A stretch of 64,000 nt of DNA from a bacterium (GCA_021811365.1 JAJZPB010000002.1:8162-72161); one strand, 5' to 3'. Positions 19,418 to 28,593 are shown, numbered from the stretch's first letter. Made by a program: numbers and translations. The notes: generated by a model not told the origin, from the letters alone.

Positions 19418-21037
19418 ATGACTCCGCTCAAGGACATCCTGGGCGCGATGCGCGGTACCGCGGACACTGAACGCGATCTCGTACGGCGTGCGTACGAATT
19501 TTCGGAGCAGGCACATGCAGGCCAGACCCGCTATTCGGGCGAACCCTACTTCATTCACCCTGCCGCTGTCGCAAAAACACTTGCCGAATTCGGCATGGAC
19601 GCGGTAACCATAGCAGCTGGGCTGCTCCACGACACCGTCGAAGATGCACAAACGTCGGAAGAGGAGATTGAGAAAAATTTCGGGAAAGAGGTGCTTTTTA
19701 TTGTTGACGGAGTCACAAAACTTGGCCGCCACAAGTACCGTGGTGCAGAACGCCATGCCGAAAGCCTCCGTCGCCTGCTCGTCGCCACCGCGTCCGACAT
19801 CCGCGTTCTCATCGTGAAGCTTGCCGACCGTCTCCACAACATGCAAACGCTCGGACATGTCCCGCCGCACAAGCGCCACCGGATAGCGCTTGAGACGCTC
19901 GAAATTTATGCCCCGATTGCCGACCGGCTTGGTATGGGTCAGGTTAAGCGCGACCTAGAAGACCTTGCGTTCCCCCATATCGACCCCGATGCCTATGCGC
20001 ATACGCTTGAATTGCGCAAAGCAAAGACAAAAGAAACGGAAACAGGTCTTGCGAAAGTACAAAAAGAGCTCCGCAAAGAGTTTGCGAAGAAGGGCGTGCA
20101 GAACTTTCGCACCGACATTCGTACTAAAGGTCTCTGGAGTCTCCACCAGAAACTCATTCGCAAACACGACGACATTACGCTCATTCACGACATTGCGGCG
20201 TTGCGAATTATCGTGCCGAAACTCGAAGTCTGCTATGTTGCGCTCGGCATCGTGCATGCGCTCTATCGCCCGCTTCCAGGCGAGTTCAAGGATTACATAG
20301 CCTTCCCGAAACCGAACGGATACCAGTCCCTACACACGACCGTCATGACGAGTGAAGCGGGCGTAGTCGAAGTACAAATCCGCACTGAAGAAATGCATCG
20401 CCACGCCGAATTCGGCATTGCATCCCACATGAGCTACAAGCTTTTGGGAAAAGATATAGAGCTGCTCGCCCGCTCTGTCCAGCGCAGTCGTTTCTCTGCT
20501 CTCTCTTTTTCATGGATACGCTCGCTCATTCCGTCGCTCATGCACGTTTCAAGCGCTACGAAGGGAGCTGATAGGAACGCTGCGGAGTCTCCGCACTGGC
20601 TCACAGAGCTTGCGGACGCCCACGCAGCGATTGCGGAATCGCAGGTGTTTGTTGAAGGTCTTAAGGAGGACTTCTTCTCTCACCGTGTATTTGTGTTCAC
20701 GCCGCAGGGCGACGTGGTTGACCTACCAATCTCTTCAACACCTATCGATTTTGCTTACGCAATTCACACCGATCTTGGGGACCATCTCCAGGGAGCAAAG
20801 GTTAACAGCAAGCTTGTTTCTTTTGCAACGAAGCTTAACAATGGTGACATCGTTGAAATACTGCGGCGCGACAGCGCCCATCCATCTCCGAAGTGGCTCG
20901 AGCACGTAAAAACGGCTCTGGCGCGCAAGCATATTCGCCTCGCACTCGGAATGACCGAACCAGACAAGACGAAACGCCGAAAACGGCGTGGCGCAACGAA
21001 GCACGCTACCGTTACGCATGAGGACGTAAAGAAATAG
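19418..21037 (+). CDS. RelA/SpoT homologue (p)ppGpp synthetase/hydrolase, short form
   Basis: HD domain (HDTVED), synthetase domain (RIIVPKLEVCYVALGIVHALYRP...YQSLHTTV) and a TGS domain. At 539 aa it has no room for the usual C-terminal ACT/RRM region. Confidence 0.9.
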   Translation: MTPLKDILGAMRGTADTERDLVRRAYEFSEQAHAGQTRYSGEPYFIHPAAVAKTLAEFGMDAVTIAAGLLHDTVEDAQTSEEEIEKNFGKEVLFIVDGVTKLGRHKYRGAERHAESLRRLLVATASDIRVLIVKLADRLHNMQTLGHVPPHKRHRIALETLEIYAPIADRLGMGQVKRDLEDLAFPHIDPDAYAHTLELRKAKTKETETGLAKVQKELRKEFAKKGVQNFRTDIRTKGLWSLHQKLIRKHDDITLIHDIAALRIIVPKLEVCYVALGIVHALYRPLPGEFKDYIAFPKPNGYQSLHTTVMTSEAGVVEVQIRTEEMHRHAEFGIASHMSYKLLGKDIELLARSVQRSRFSALSFSWIRSLIPSLMHVSSATKGADRNAAESPHWLTELADAHAAIAESQVFVEGLKEDFFSHRVFVFTPQGDVVDLPISSTPIDFAYAIHTDLGDHLQGAKVNSKLVSFATKLNNGDIVEILRRDSAHPSPKWLEHVKTALARKHIRLALGMTEPDKTKRRKRRGATKHATVTHEDVKK

Positions 21038-21078
21038 CACGCAAATCAACCCTAGAGGCGCTAGGGCTGGTTCGCGGG

Positions 21079-22116
21079 CTACACCGTAAACGACGTGACC
21101 GAGTACAAATCCTCTTCTCCATCACGCGGTTCTTCTGACGCGGCGGGCGCCACCGGATCATCCGAGAGCTGAGTGGTATTGGGATACACCGGCATTTCCG
21201 CTACGACGATCTCCGCCTCTGATGCGTGAATGTCCTCATTTTGCATGTCACTGGAGGATACCTGAGCCTCGGTACTATGTTCTGCGGCGAGCGTCGCAAC
21301 GAGCACCGCAAGATCTTCAGGCGAAAAGAAGTCAATCATGAGACGACCACCCTCGACGCCCGCTTCGATAATGACTCGCGTGCCAAGACGCTCGGCGAGC
21401 GAGCGTTCGAGCTCAGCCATTTCTGGTGTCTTGCGATGGTGTTTACGCACGCGCTCCTGCGCAATAGAACGCGCAATGCGTTCGGCCACTCGCACGGTAA
21501 TTTTCTTGAGGACGATCTCCTTGAAGAGCGTCTCCTGCTCTTCAATTCGGTCAGCAAGAGCAAGCAGCGCACGGGCATGGCCTTCGGTAATCTCCTTGGT
21601 CGTTATTGCCATCTGCATGTGCTCGGGCAGTGAAAGGAGGCGCAGCGAATTGCTGACATACTCCCGGCTTTTCCCAATCTTTGCTGCTGTTTCACCGTGC
21701 GAAATACCAAATTCGTTTACCAACTGCTGGAGCGCTTTCGCGCGATCTATTGCGTTAAGATCCTCACGCTGAAGGTTTTCTATTATTGCGAGCTCAAGCT
21801 TGGTCAAGCTACTCTCGCCGGTACGAATTACTACCGGTACCTGCTTAAGACCGGCAAGTTTGCTCGCGCGCAAACGCCGTTCACCAGCAATGAGCTCGTA
21901 ATGTGTTTCGAGTCCCCCGTCGGGTTTCTCAACCTCCTCACGCGTGACGGTCAGTGGCTGCAAGAGGCCATACTGGCGAATACTATCAGCCAAGGAGCGC
22001 AGCCCTTCTTCACTAAAGTCGCGGCGTGGCTGATAGGGGTTTGGACGAATTTTCTCCGTATCTACCCAATACACCGAATCGTATCTTGTCGGAATGTAGC
22101 GTGTCTCCTCATTCAT
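21079..22116 (-). CDS. parB: ParB/Spo0J family chromosome partitioning protein
   Basis: ParB N-terminal box (IAGERRLRA), HTH, and an acidic C-terminal tail. Confidence 0.85.
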   Translation of the reverse strand: MNEETRYIPTRYDSVYWVDTEKIRPNPYQPRRDFSEEGLRSLADSIRQYGLLQPLTVTREEVEKPDGGLETHYELIAGERRLRASKLAGLKQVPVVIRTGESSLTKLELAIIENLQREDLNAIDRAKALQQLVNEFGISHGETAAKIGKSREYVSNSLRLLSLPEHMQMAITTKEITEGHARALLALADRIEEQETLFKEIVLKKITVRVAERIARSIAQERVRKHHRKTPEMAELERSLAERLGTRVIIEAGVEGGRLMIDFFSPEDLAVLVATLAAEHSTEAQVSSSDMQNEDIHASEAEIVVAEMPVYPNTTQLSDDPVAPAASEEPRDGEEDLYSVTSFTV

Positions 22117-22192
22117 GGCCGGATTGTACCACGATGAAATTACGAGCTGGAAATGCTACCGTATGCACAAGCGAGTTGCGTATGCGGCACGC

Positions 22193-22273
22193 GCCGGGAT
22201 GGCGGAATGGTAGACGCGGTGGATTCAAAACCCACTGTCGCAAGACATGAGAGTTCAAGTCTCTCTCCCGGCA
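22193..22273 (+). tRNA. tRNA-Leu (anticodon CAA), type II with long variable arm
   Basis: GCCGGGA acceptor, anticodon loop TTCAAAA, long variable arm, T-arm AGAGTTCAAGTCTCT. The anticodon arm is very similar to E. coli tRNA-Leu(CAA). Confidence 0.75.
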
Positions 22274-22289
22274 CACGTAAGTTTTCTGG

Positions 22290-22357
22290 AGTTCGGCTAG
22301 CGCCTCTCCCGGCACAAAGAGACCTTTCAAAGTTCGGCTAGCGCCTCTCCCGACATA
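22290..22357 (+). repeat. Two tandem copies of a 27-nt tRNA-Leu 3'-end-like sequence (AGTTCGGCTAGCGCCTCTCCCGRCAYA), spaced 41 nt apart
   Basis: Seen directly: copies at 22290-22316 and 22331-22357. Both resemble the T-loop/acceptor 3' end of the upstream tRNA-Leu (AGTTCAAGTCTCTCTCCCGGCACA). Confidence 0.6.
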
Positions 22358-22427
22358 CGTACCGTATCCTAAGGCTATTTAACGCGTGCTATCATGGCGG
22401 CGGACCTTAACAAGAGGAGTTCCGTTA

Positions 22428-23177
22428 ATGACGAAACACCGAACGGAAGTGGTGTTCGCATTCGATCGCAGTGTATACGGCCGGCAAGAGAGAGCGCTCC
22501 TCAAAGCAGTTCGCGGCTCAGGGATTGAGATACTCAAAGTCGGACTTGAAGCTATGACCGCACGCGCTGGCTGGAGGCGCAAGTCCGTTGCCGACCGAGC
22601 TGCTGCTGCCTGGGGCCCGGAACGCATACTTTGGGACCAGAAGATTCACGATATCCCGGAAACGGTTCAGCGAGCCGTCTACAACCTCACCGGTACCGTG
22701 TGGGGCGTTACGCTTCATGCCAGTGGAGGCACGGCAATGCTCCAAGCGGCCGTCACCGGCTGGCGCAAGAAACTCCATGACATCGGCGCCGAGGGCATTC
22801 GCACAACCTTGTTTGGCGTAACGGTGTTGACCTCGTTGAGCGGCGAGTGCGAGAGCATTTTTGGCAGTGAACCAGCAGCGAAGGTGTTGCAGTTTGTACG
22901 TTTCTGCGCAAATGAAGGAATCGGCGGTGTCGTATGCTCTGGACAAGAACTGCAGTCGCTATCGAACTCTGGGTTTTCTGGAGTCGTTAAAACGCTGGTG
23001 CCCGGCATACGACCCGCCTGGGCCACGGTGAACGACCAAGCCCGCACTATGACTCCAAGAGACGCAGCGCGTCTTGGGGCCGACTACATTGTTGTGGGTC
23101 GGCCAATCTCGGACGGGCCCTATGCGCCTAGCGAAGCAGTCCGACGCATACGTGAAGAGCTCGGAGCTTATGGATAG
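22428..23177 (+). CDS. pyrF: Orotidine 5'-phosphate decarboxylase
   Basis: Short-type OMP decarboxylase with a (beta/alpha)8 pattern, DxKxxD-like FAFDRS...KVGLE and a C-terminal YIVVGRPI. Confidence 0.8.
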   Translation: MTKHRTEVVFAFDRSVYGRQERALLKAVRGSGIEILKVGLEAMTARAGWRRKSVADRAAAAWGPERILWDQKIHDIPETVQRAVYNLTGTVWGVTLHASGGTAMLQAAVTGWRKKLHDIGAEGIRTTLFGVTVLTSLSGECESIFGSEPAAKVLQFVRFCANEGIGGVVCSGQELQSLSNSGFSGVVKTLVPGIRPAWATVNDQARTMTPRDAARLGADYIVVGRPISDGPYAPSEAVRRIREELGAYG

Positions 23178-23235
23178 CCCTAACCCCTACGGCGCGCCGT
23201 AGGGGTTCCTGCTTTTTTACTGCGCGTGTCGCTCG

Positions 23236-23901
23236 CTATGCGCCGCGCTTCTGCTTAAGCGCCTTTTCTACTTCAATTGTATCGCTACCGGGCTGCCAGG
23301 AAGCCGGACACACCTGTCCTTTGTGCGTATCAACGAACTGGCAGGCCTCAAGCTTGCGAAGCGCTTCAGCGGCACTGCGTCCGACTGCACTATCGCTCAC
23401 CTCCATCGCACGGAGCGTCCCGACCGTATCTATAATGAACGTACCGCGCTGGGCAAATCCCTCGTCTGCAACAAGCTCCGGCTCGCCGCCCTCGACGAGC
23501 ACCCCAAAAGCGTAGGCGAGCTTGCCGGAAGGGTCAGCGGCCATTGGGTACTGCACCTTTCCTACTTGCGGAGAACTTTCATGCCACGCCTTATGCACGT
23601 AGGCAGAGTCCGTCGACACAGAAATCACCTCGGCGTTGTGTTCCTTAAATTTTGTATAGAGATCCGCAAGTTCCTCAAGCTCGGTTGGACATACGAACGT
23701 GAAGTCCGCAGGATAGAACACCAGAACTACCCATTTGCCACGCAGCGACGAAATCGAGCGTGTCGATATATTCCCGTCCTGGTATGCCTCGAACTCAAAG
23801 TCGGGCACCGGCTCGCCAACCTTCACCTGAGAGGCGTAGTCACGCACGGTATCGTGGAATTCCCCGCAATGTTCGCAATAGTTGCTTTTAGTCTCCTTCA
23901 T
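23236..23901 (-). CDS. Peroxiredoxin (AhpC/Tsa family, typical 2-Cys)
   Basis: Peroxidatic FTFVCPTE motif and a resolving Cys in the C-terminal VCPA region. Confidence 0.9.
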   Translation of the reverse strand: MKETKSNYCEHCGEFHDTVRDYASQVKVGEPVPDFEFEAYQDGNISTRSISSLRGKWVVLVFYPADFTFVCPTELEELADLYTKFKEHNAEVISVSTDSAYVHKAWHESSPQVGKVQYPMAADPSGKLAYAFGVLVEGGEPELVADEGFAQRGTFIIDTVGTLRAMEVSDSAVGRSAAEALRKLEACQFVDTHKGQVCPASWQPGSDTIEVEKALKQKRGA

Positions 23902-23926
23902 GGCATTTTATTAATGTATAGGGGCC

Positions 23927-24826
23927 ATGATACCATCGCGTTCAATGGACGCCAAAAGCCAGACCTCGCTCGATATACTTTGCATCACGGGGCCAACCGC
24001 CTCGGGCAAGACCGCACGCGCGGTTGCCGAAGCGCTTGCCCGAGGTGGTGAGGTGATTTCGGTTGACTCTCGACAGGTATATCGACATCTCGACATAGGA
24101 ACGGAGAAAGCTAACAAGACTGAACTGCGCGGTGTGCCGCACCACCTCATCGACATACGCGAACCGACCGAGGTCTACTCTGCTGGCGACTTTGTGGATG
24201 ATGCCTCGAGGCTTATTGCGGAAATCAGCGCGCGCGGGAAGCTGCCGATACTCGCTGGAGGTACTCACTTCTATTTCGATGCCCTTCTGAACGGTCTCCC
24301 GGTCGCCACCGACCCCAACGACGCCTTGCGCAGTGCGCTTGAACCGCTCACCAATGAAGAACTGCTCGCGCGCATAGCAGCAGCGGACCCGCGGCGCGCT
24401 CAGGAACTCGACCCGCGCAATCGTCGTCGGCTCGTCCGTGCTCTTGAAATCATCAGCGCGCACGGTAGTGTTCCTTCGCGCACTACAAGAACCGCGCATT
24501 ACCGCACCGAATGGATTGTCATCGACCCTCCCCTGCTGCAATTACGCGAGCGCATCGACGCGCGGCTTGCGCAGGCGCTTGGACGCGGACTTATACATGA
24601 GACTGCGTGGGCACGAGATACACTCGGAGACGCGCGGTTAAACGAGCTCGGTCTTGAGTACCGCGTGGTGGGCGAATTCCTGCGAGGCGAGCGCAGCGAA
24701 GCATCTCTTCTTCCTGCGCTTTCAGCAAAACTCTGGCAGTATGCGCGGCGCCAGAAGGCGTGGCTAAGAAAACTGCGAGACGAGCACGCTATTGCGGAAG
24801 CACCGTCGCACCCGGGCAGAAACTAA
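23927..24826 (+). CDS. miaA: tRNA dimethylallyltransferase
   Basis: P-loop GPTASGKT, DSRQVYR, IPHHLID. Confidence 0.9.
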   Translation: MIPSRSMDAKSQTSLDILCITGPTASGKTARAVAEALARGGEVISVDSRQVYRHLDIGTEKANKTELRGVPHHLIDIREPTEVYSAGDFVDDASRLIAEISARGKLPILAGGTHFYFDALLNGLPVATDPNDALRSALEPLTNEELLARIAAADPRRAQELDPRNRRRLVRALEIISAHGSVPSRTTRTAHYRTEWIVIDPPLLQLRERIDARLAQALGRGLIHETAWARDTLGDARLNELGLEYRVVGEFLRGERSEASLLPALSAKLWQYARRQKAWLRKLRDEHAIAEAPSHPGRN

Positions 24827-25397
24827 ACCCGAGGTTTTTCCCCGCATACACCGGATTCACATCTACGGTTGTGCCGAGATAGTACGTGAGTGCGCACGCC
24901 TGTGCTTCAGTAATTCCAAGTGTTTGCAAGAGGAACTGCTGCGCAGCGAGACGAGCAGCGCCAATCGGCTCTTGCGTAAGCGCTATGAGGAAATACTGAC
25001 CGGTGCTGTCATAAAAAATATTGAAGTCGGTAGTCGAAGCGGTGCCGCACGGCCCGCCGCCAACTGGACAGTACCCAAGATCGCCCGCAAGCAGATATCG
25101 TCCAGGGTTCGCCGAGTCAGCTAGGGTAACGCCGTTATGAATAAAGTCCGGAACCGTTACGGGCGCCTGGCCGCGCTCTGCGATTGTTATCGTTTGCGCT
25201 GCTGAAGTAGCCGACGTCGTACCAGTGAACGAACCGCTTTGCGCTGGTATGGAGTTACTTACTGGCAATGTCCCCGTCGGTAGTGGTCCTGTGGTCTGCC
25301 GCGGCGCGGGCGACAGCAGGTACACCCACACAAACCCGAACACAACTGCGACAGCCACTACGATACCGGTCCACGCAAGAATGTGTTTCAGATACAT
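24789..25397 (-). CDS. Hypothetical membrane-anchored protein
   Basis: N-terminal TM helix followed by a Thr/Gly/Ala-rich extracytoplasmic domain. Overlaps the miaA 3' end by a few codons. Confidence 0.55.
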   Translation of the reverse strand: MYLKHILAWTGIVVAVAVVFGFVWVYLLSPAPRQTTGPLPTGTLPVSNSIPAQSGSFTGTTSATSAAQTITIAERGQAPVTVPDFIHNGVTLADSANPGRYLLAGDLGYCPVGGGPCGTASTTDFNIFYDSTGQYFLIALTQEPIGAARLAAQQFLLQTLGITEAQACALTYYLGTTVDVNPVYAGKNLGFSFCPGATVLPQ

Positions 25398-25407
25398 ACG
25401 TTTAGCA

Positions 25408-26367
25408 TTAGTACTGCGCTATGCAAGCAGCCTGATTTGCACTATGCGAATCAGCAGTCCAAGGACTGAAGCTTCCGCCGTTGTTTGCCAGAAGACATGC
25501 TGCAGCCGATGAACTACAACTGATGCTCGCAGCAGCCTGTACACACTGAGCGACTACCGGGCTCCCGGGAATCGGGTTGCCGCCGCTAAAGCCGCTCGCA
25601 CAGTTGAGCGGCCCCGTGGCGCCCGCTGCCGTCTCGCACGCTTGGTTGTTGTAACATGAGCTGTTGCTCTGCATAAGAACCTGAAAAGCTCCTGCAGCGC
25701 TTGAACCTTTACCCCAGGCATAATTTTTGTTAGCTGCTCCGCACCCGCTTTCGAATTTGGCAATGCAGGCAAGCGTTTGCGATTGCGCTACTGAGAGAGA
25801 ATAGCCACCTGCAGCTGCACCCTGCTGCACGAGTGTGGGGTCGCACGCACCCATGCCCGTTGGCGAAAGGTTAGCCACGACCGACCCTGTCGTCGCGCCC
25901 ATAGTGCCCGTATAGGTTTCGCTTACATTAACCGGTAAACACACGGCCGTTCCGCCCCCAAACATACCGCTCGTCCACTGGGCGATGCCCTTAGCAGTAA
26001 GGCTAACAAGCACCATGTTTACGATTAGCCACGCAGCAAGCGCCACCACGATTCCGACCACCAGGTTAACCAGCAGTTTGCGTGCCTTTTGGTGCCCGCC
26101 TGGAGACGCAGGTTCGAACACCATCAGAAAGCCCGCGTAAGCAATCATGAGTGGTGCAATGAACACGATGGCCATCGTAACCGTAAACGCCAGCAGATTG
26201 TTTACGGTTTGTATAAGGCCATTGAAATTCCCCGCGCAGGTCTGGTTGAGCGTGGGCACAATTGGTCCAAAAAACGGGACGCCGGTAGCGTGCGCCAGAG
26301 GCGGCAAGACCGTAGCTACCCCTAACGCAAGAAGCGCAGACCCTGTAAGCATCCTGCGAGAACTCAT
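25408..26367 (-). CDS. TrbC/VirB2-like pilin family protein with Cys-rich Gly/Ala/Ser-rich C-terminal extension
   Basis: Signal peptide, then VPFFGPIVP...CAGNFNGLIQTVNNLLAF, then two hydrophobic helices ending in AAWLIVNMVLVSL. This matches the Patescibacteria 'TrbC/VIRB2 pilin' family from recollection. The C-terminal ~190 aa is low-complexity with 13 Cys. Confidence 0.6.
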   Translation of the reverse strand: MSSRRMLTGSALLALGVATVLPPLAHATGVPFFGPIVPTLNQTCAGNFNGLIQTVNNLLAFTVTMAIVFIAPLMIAYAGFLMVFEPASPGGHQKARKLLVNLVVGIVVALAAWLIVNMVLVSLTAKGIAQWTSGMFGGGTAVCLPVNVSETYTGTMGATTGSVVANLSPTGMGACDPTLVQQGAAAGGYSLSVAQSQTLACIAKFESGCGAANKNYAWGKGSSAAGAFQVLMQSNSSCYNNQACETAAGATGPLNCASGFSGGNPIPGSPVVAQCVQAAASISCSSSAAACLLANNGGSFSPWTADSHSANQAACIAQY

Positions 26368-26445
26368 GCGCCCATGATAGCGCGACGCGGCAGGGCGTGG
26401 CGCGCTTTCCCCACTCGTCGCTCTCTGGTATCGTAAAGCGCGTTA

Positions 26446-26515
26446 GGGCCTATAGTTTAGTGGTAAAACAGCGGTCTCCAAAACCGCCGTCCCAGGTTCG
26501 AGTCCTGGTGGGCCC
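26446..26515 (+). tRNA. tRNA-Trp (anticodon CCA)
   Basis: GGGCCTA acceptor, anticodon arm GCGGTCTCCAAAACCGC (near-identical to E. coli tRNA-Trp), T-arm CCAGGTTCGAGTCCTGG, 3' acceptor TGGGCCC-G. CCA is not encoded. Confidence 0.8.
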
Positions 26516-26625
26516 GCCCGAAGACTTTTGTATCGGACAGACCCGAAGGCCTTATTCTTAGCCGTTATTGCGCAGCACGTTTTTAGAAAAGCTAGATAGG
26601 GCGAAGGGACACCGAACTTTGGCCG
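26508..26625 (+). repeat. att-like repeat copy a (native tRNA-Trp 3' end plus ~110-nt downstream flank)
   Basis: Reads gcccgcccgaagacttttgtatcggacagacccgaaggcc...agaaaagctagatagggcgaaggg. It is the prototype of the copies listed below. Confidence 0.7.
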
Positions 26626-27018
26626 TTAGTGCAGTAGTGCGAGAAGGTACGGTCCGAAGATAAGAAGCCCTATTATGGCAGCTGCGATGGCGGCAATGAG
26701 CACTGCTCCGGCGGCAACATCCTTCGTATCACGCGCGAACGGATGGTACTCGGGCGATGTCAGGTCGATATCTATCTCTATCGCCGTATTAAACGCTTCT
26801 GCGGCGAGCACCAGTCCAGCGGCGAAGACGATGAGCATCCAATCGGCTTGCGTGATGCGGAAATAGAAGCCGAGTGCGATTACGACGAGAAGGATTGCAA
26901 TGTCTACCCATGCGTTGTGAGTCGTTTTGATGACAAGCCAGATCCCGCGCCCCGCATGAGTGAAGCTTTTCGCTCGCTTCACAATTGAAAATCGTTTCTC
27001 TTCTTGTTTGGTTGCCAT
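26626..27018 (-). CDS. Diacylglycerol kinase family protein (prokaryotic DgkA / undecaprenol kinase type)
   Basis: 130 aa with three TM helices and EAFNTAIEIDIDLTSPEYHPFARDTKDVAAGAVL, matching the DgkA signature. Confidence 0.85.
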   Translation of the reverse strand: MATKQEEKRFSIVKRAKSFTHAGRGIWLVIKTTHNAWVDIAILLVVIALGFYFRITQADWMLIVFAAGLVLAAEAFNTAIEIDIDLTSPEYHPFARDTKDVAAGAVLIAAIAAAIIGLLIFGPYLLALLH

Positions 27019-27024
27019 AGCAAT

Positions 27025-27666
27025 TTATCCGATTACGCGAATCGCTAATCTGCGGAACAGGAAGTATATAGCGGCGCAGAGCATCCCGAACAAGATCACC
27101 AATCCCAAAAGATATGCAGAAGCGAAAATGGATGCGATCAGTATTAGTAGGTGGAGCGGATCAGTAAAAATTACGTTGGAATTTATGTGCTCAAATCTGC
27201 CTAATACAATTCCAAATCCGACGACAAGGTTGAATACTATCAGCCACAGAATTTTCCTTTCTCGGAAGATTCGTACACGATCCGTGATGATCTCGAACGG
27301 ATAGAACGAAAAAATGAACGTCGGTACGGCGAACAGCTCAAGCAATATATATTGTGCGATGAGCAAGGTATGGCCGGATGCGGGCACCACGTATTCCCAT
27401 TGATACACGACGTGCCCCGCATCGGTGAATAAATATGCAGCGTTAGGCAAAAAGAGCAGCCATACTATTCCGAAAATAATCTGCGCGACTTTTGATCTGC
27501 TCCGCAGCGTCAACAAAAAGAGCCACGTGAATGCAACTGCGACAAGTGCGACGACGCAGTTGGAAACATCAACCCTGTTGATCAGAAAGAATATGACAAG
27601 GAGGAAAACAGCGGTAACGGTGTTCCGCCCAGTCTTGCCCGGTATAAATCTTTTCACAGCCTCCAT
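27025..27666 (-). CDS. Hypothetical polytopic membrane protein
   Basis: 213 aa, about six hydrophobic helices. Co-directional with the DgkA gene. Confidence 0.55.
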   Translation of the reverse strand: MEAVKRFIPGKTGRNTVTAVFLLVIFFLINRVDVSNCVVALVAVAFTWLFLLTLRSRSKVAQIIFGIVWLLFLPNAAYLFTDAGHVVYQWEYVVPASGHTLLIAQYILLELFAVPTFIFSFYPFEIITDRVRIFRERKILWLIVFNLVVGFGIVLGRFEHINSNVIFTDPLHLLILIASIFASAYLLGLVILFGMLCAAIYFLFRRLAIRVIG

Positions 27667-27674
27667 CGCATTGA

Positions 27675-27766
27675 TTTTACACCCGCCGAGATTCGAACTA
27701 ACGCGTAAAAATAAAAAGCTATATTCTAAGCCATAGGCGAAGGTACGACTCGAGAGCTTTCGTATC
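27675..27766 (+). repeat. Conserved ~90-nt element (copy 1) immediately upstream of att-like copy b
   Basis: gagattcgaac...aagctatattctaagccataggcgaaggtacgactcgagagctttcgtatcc. A second copy lies at 29385-29470. Confidence 0.55.
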
Positions 27767-27880
27767 CTGCCGCCCGAAGACTTTAGTATCGGACAGACCC
27801 GAGAGTCTTATTTGTAGCCATTATTACGCAGCACGTTTTTAGAAAAGCTAGATAGGGCGAAGGGATTCCGAACTTTTCCC
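27767..27880 (+). repeat. att-like repeat copy b
   Basis: Near-identical by eye to 26510-26620 over about 110 nt, including the ...cgcagcacgtttttagaaaagctagatagggcgaaggg tail. Confidence 0.7.
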
Positions 27881-27918
27881 TGAAATTCTAATCGATCGGC
27901 AATGCTACGATTATAGTC

Positions 27919-28593
27919 ATGAAGAACCCCGCGCTAAAGCTTTTCACGATGACGGCCATCTCTTTGGCCGTCATCTCACTTGCACTATTCCTTTCTGCGG
28001 GCACGCTCGCATACTGGCAAGCATGGACGTATCTCGCGGTGACACTACTCGCGAGCGTGCCGTACGTACGGATCATGCTTAAGGACCCGGTGCTTCGCGA
28101 AGGCAGAACGAAACTCGGTCCGCTCGCTGAGAAACGGCCCATCCAGAAAATCATCGTCGCGCTCTCAGGATTGCCGGGCATCGCTTTGTTCATTGTGCCC
28201 GGTCTCGACCATCGCTTCCACTGGTCAAGTGTGCCCTTCGGACTGATGCTGGCAGGAGATGTACTTATTTTCGTGAGCATGTGGATGGTGTACCGCGTTG
28301 TGAAAGAAAACTCCTTTGGTTCGGCAACGATCGAGGTGACCGAGAATCAGAAGGTCATTTCCACCGGCCCCTATGCCATCGTGCGCAATCCTATGTATGC
28401 GAGCGCACTCGTGTATTTCATCGGCATGTCCTTTGCGCTCGGCTCCTACTGGACTCTGGTTCCTGCTGCACTCACGACACTCGGTTTCGTATGGCGGCTC
28501 TTCGACGAAGAGAAATTTCTCTCCGCCAACCTCTCGGGCTACAAAGAATACTGCGCCAAAGTTCGTTGGCATCTCGTGCCGGGAATTTTTTAA
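27919..28593 (+). CDS. Isoprenylcysteine carboxyl methyltransferase (ICMT) / phospholipid methyltransferase family membrane protein
   Basis: Multi-TM protein with a C-terminal ISTGPYAIVRNPMYASALVYFIGMSFALGS...E motif, characteristic of the ICMT/PEMT superfamily. Confidence 0.8.
   Translation: MKNPALKLFTMTAISLAVISLALFLSAGTLAYWQAWTYLAVTLLASVPYVRIMLKDPVLREGRTKLGPLAEKRPIQKIIVALSGLPGIALFIVPGLDHRFHWSSVPFGLMLAGDVLIFVSMWMVYRVVKENSFGSATIEVTENQKVISTGPYAIVRNPMYASALVYFIGMSFALGSYWTLVPAALTTLGFVWRLFDEEKFLSANLSGYKEYCAKVRWHLVPGIF

Noticed and set aside
23323-24051. 242-aa plus-strand ORF spanning the peroxiredoxin gene and the miaA start
   Set aside because: Antisense to the strongly supported peroxiredoxin gene, Arg-rich with no motifs.
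27675-27766. Possible tRNA or tRNA-like gene suggested by GGTTCGAATC strings in the 90-nt element
   Set aside because: I could not assemble an acceptor stem, D-arm and T-arm with proper pairing on either strand. Reported only as a conserved element.
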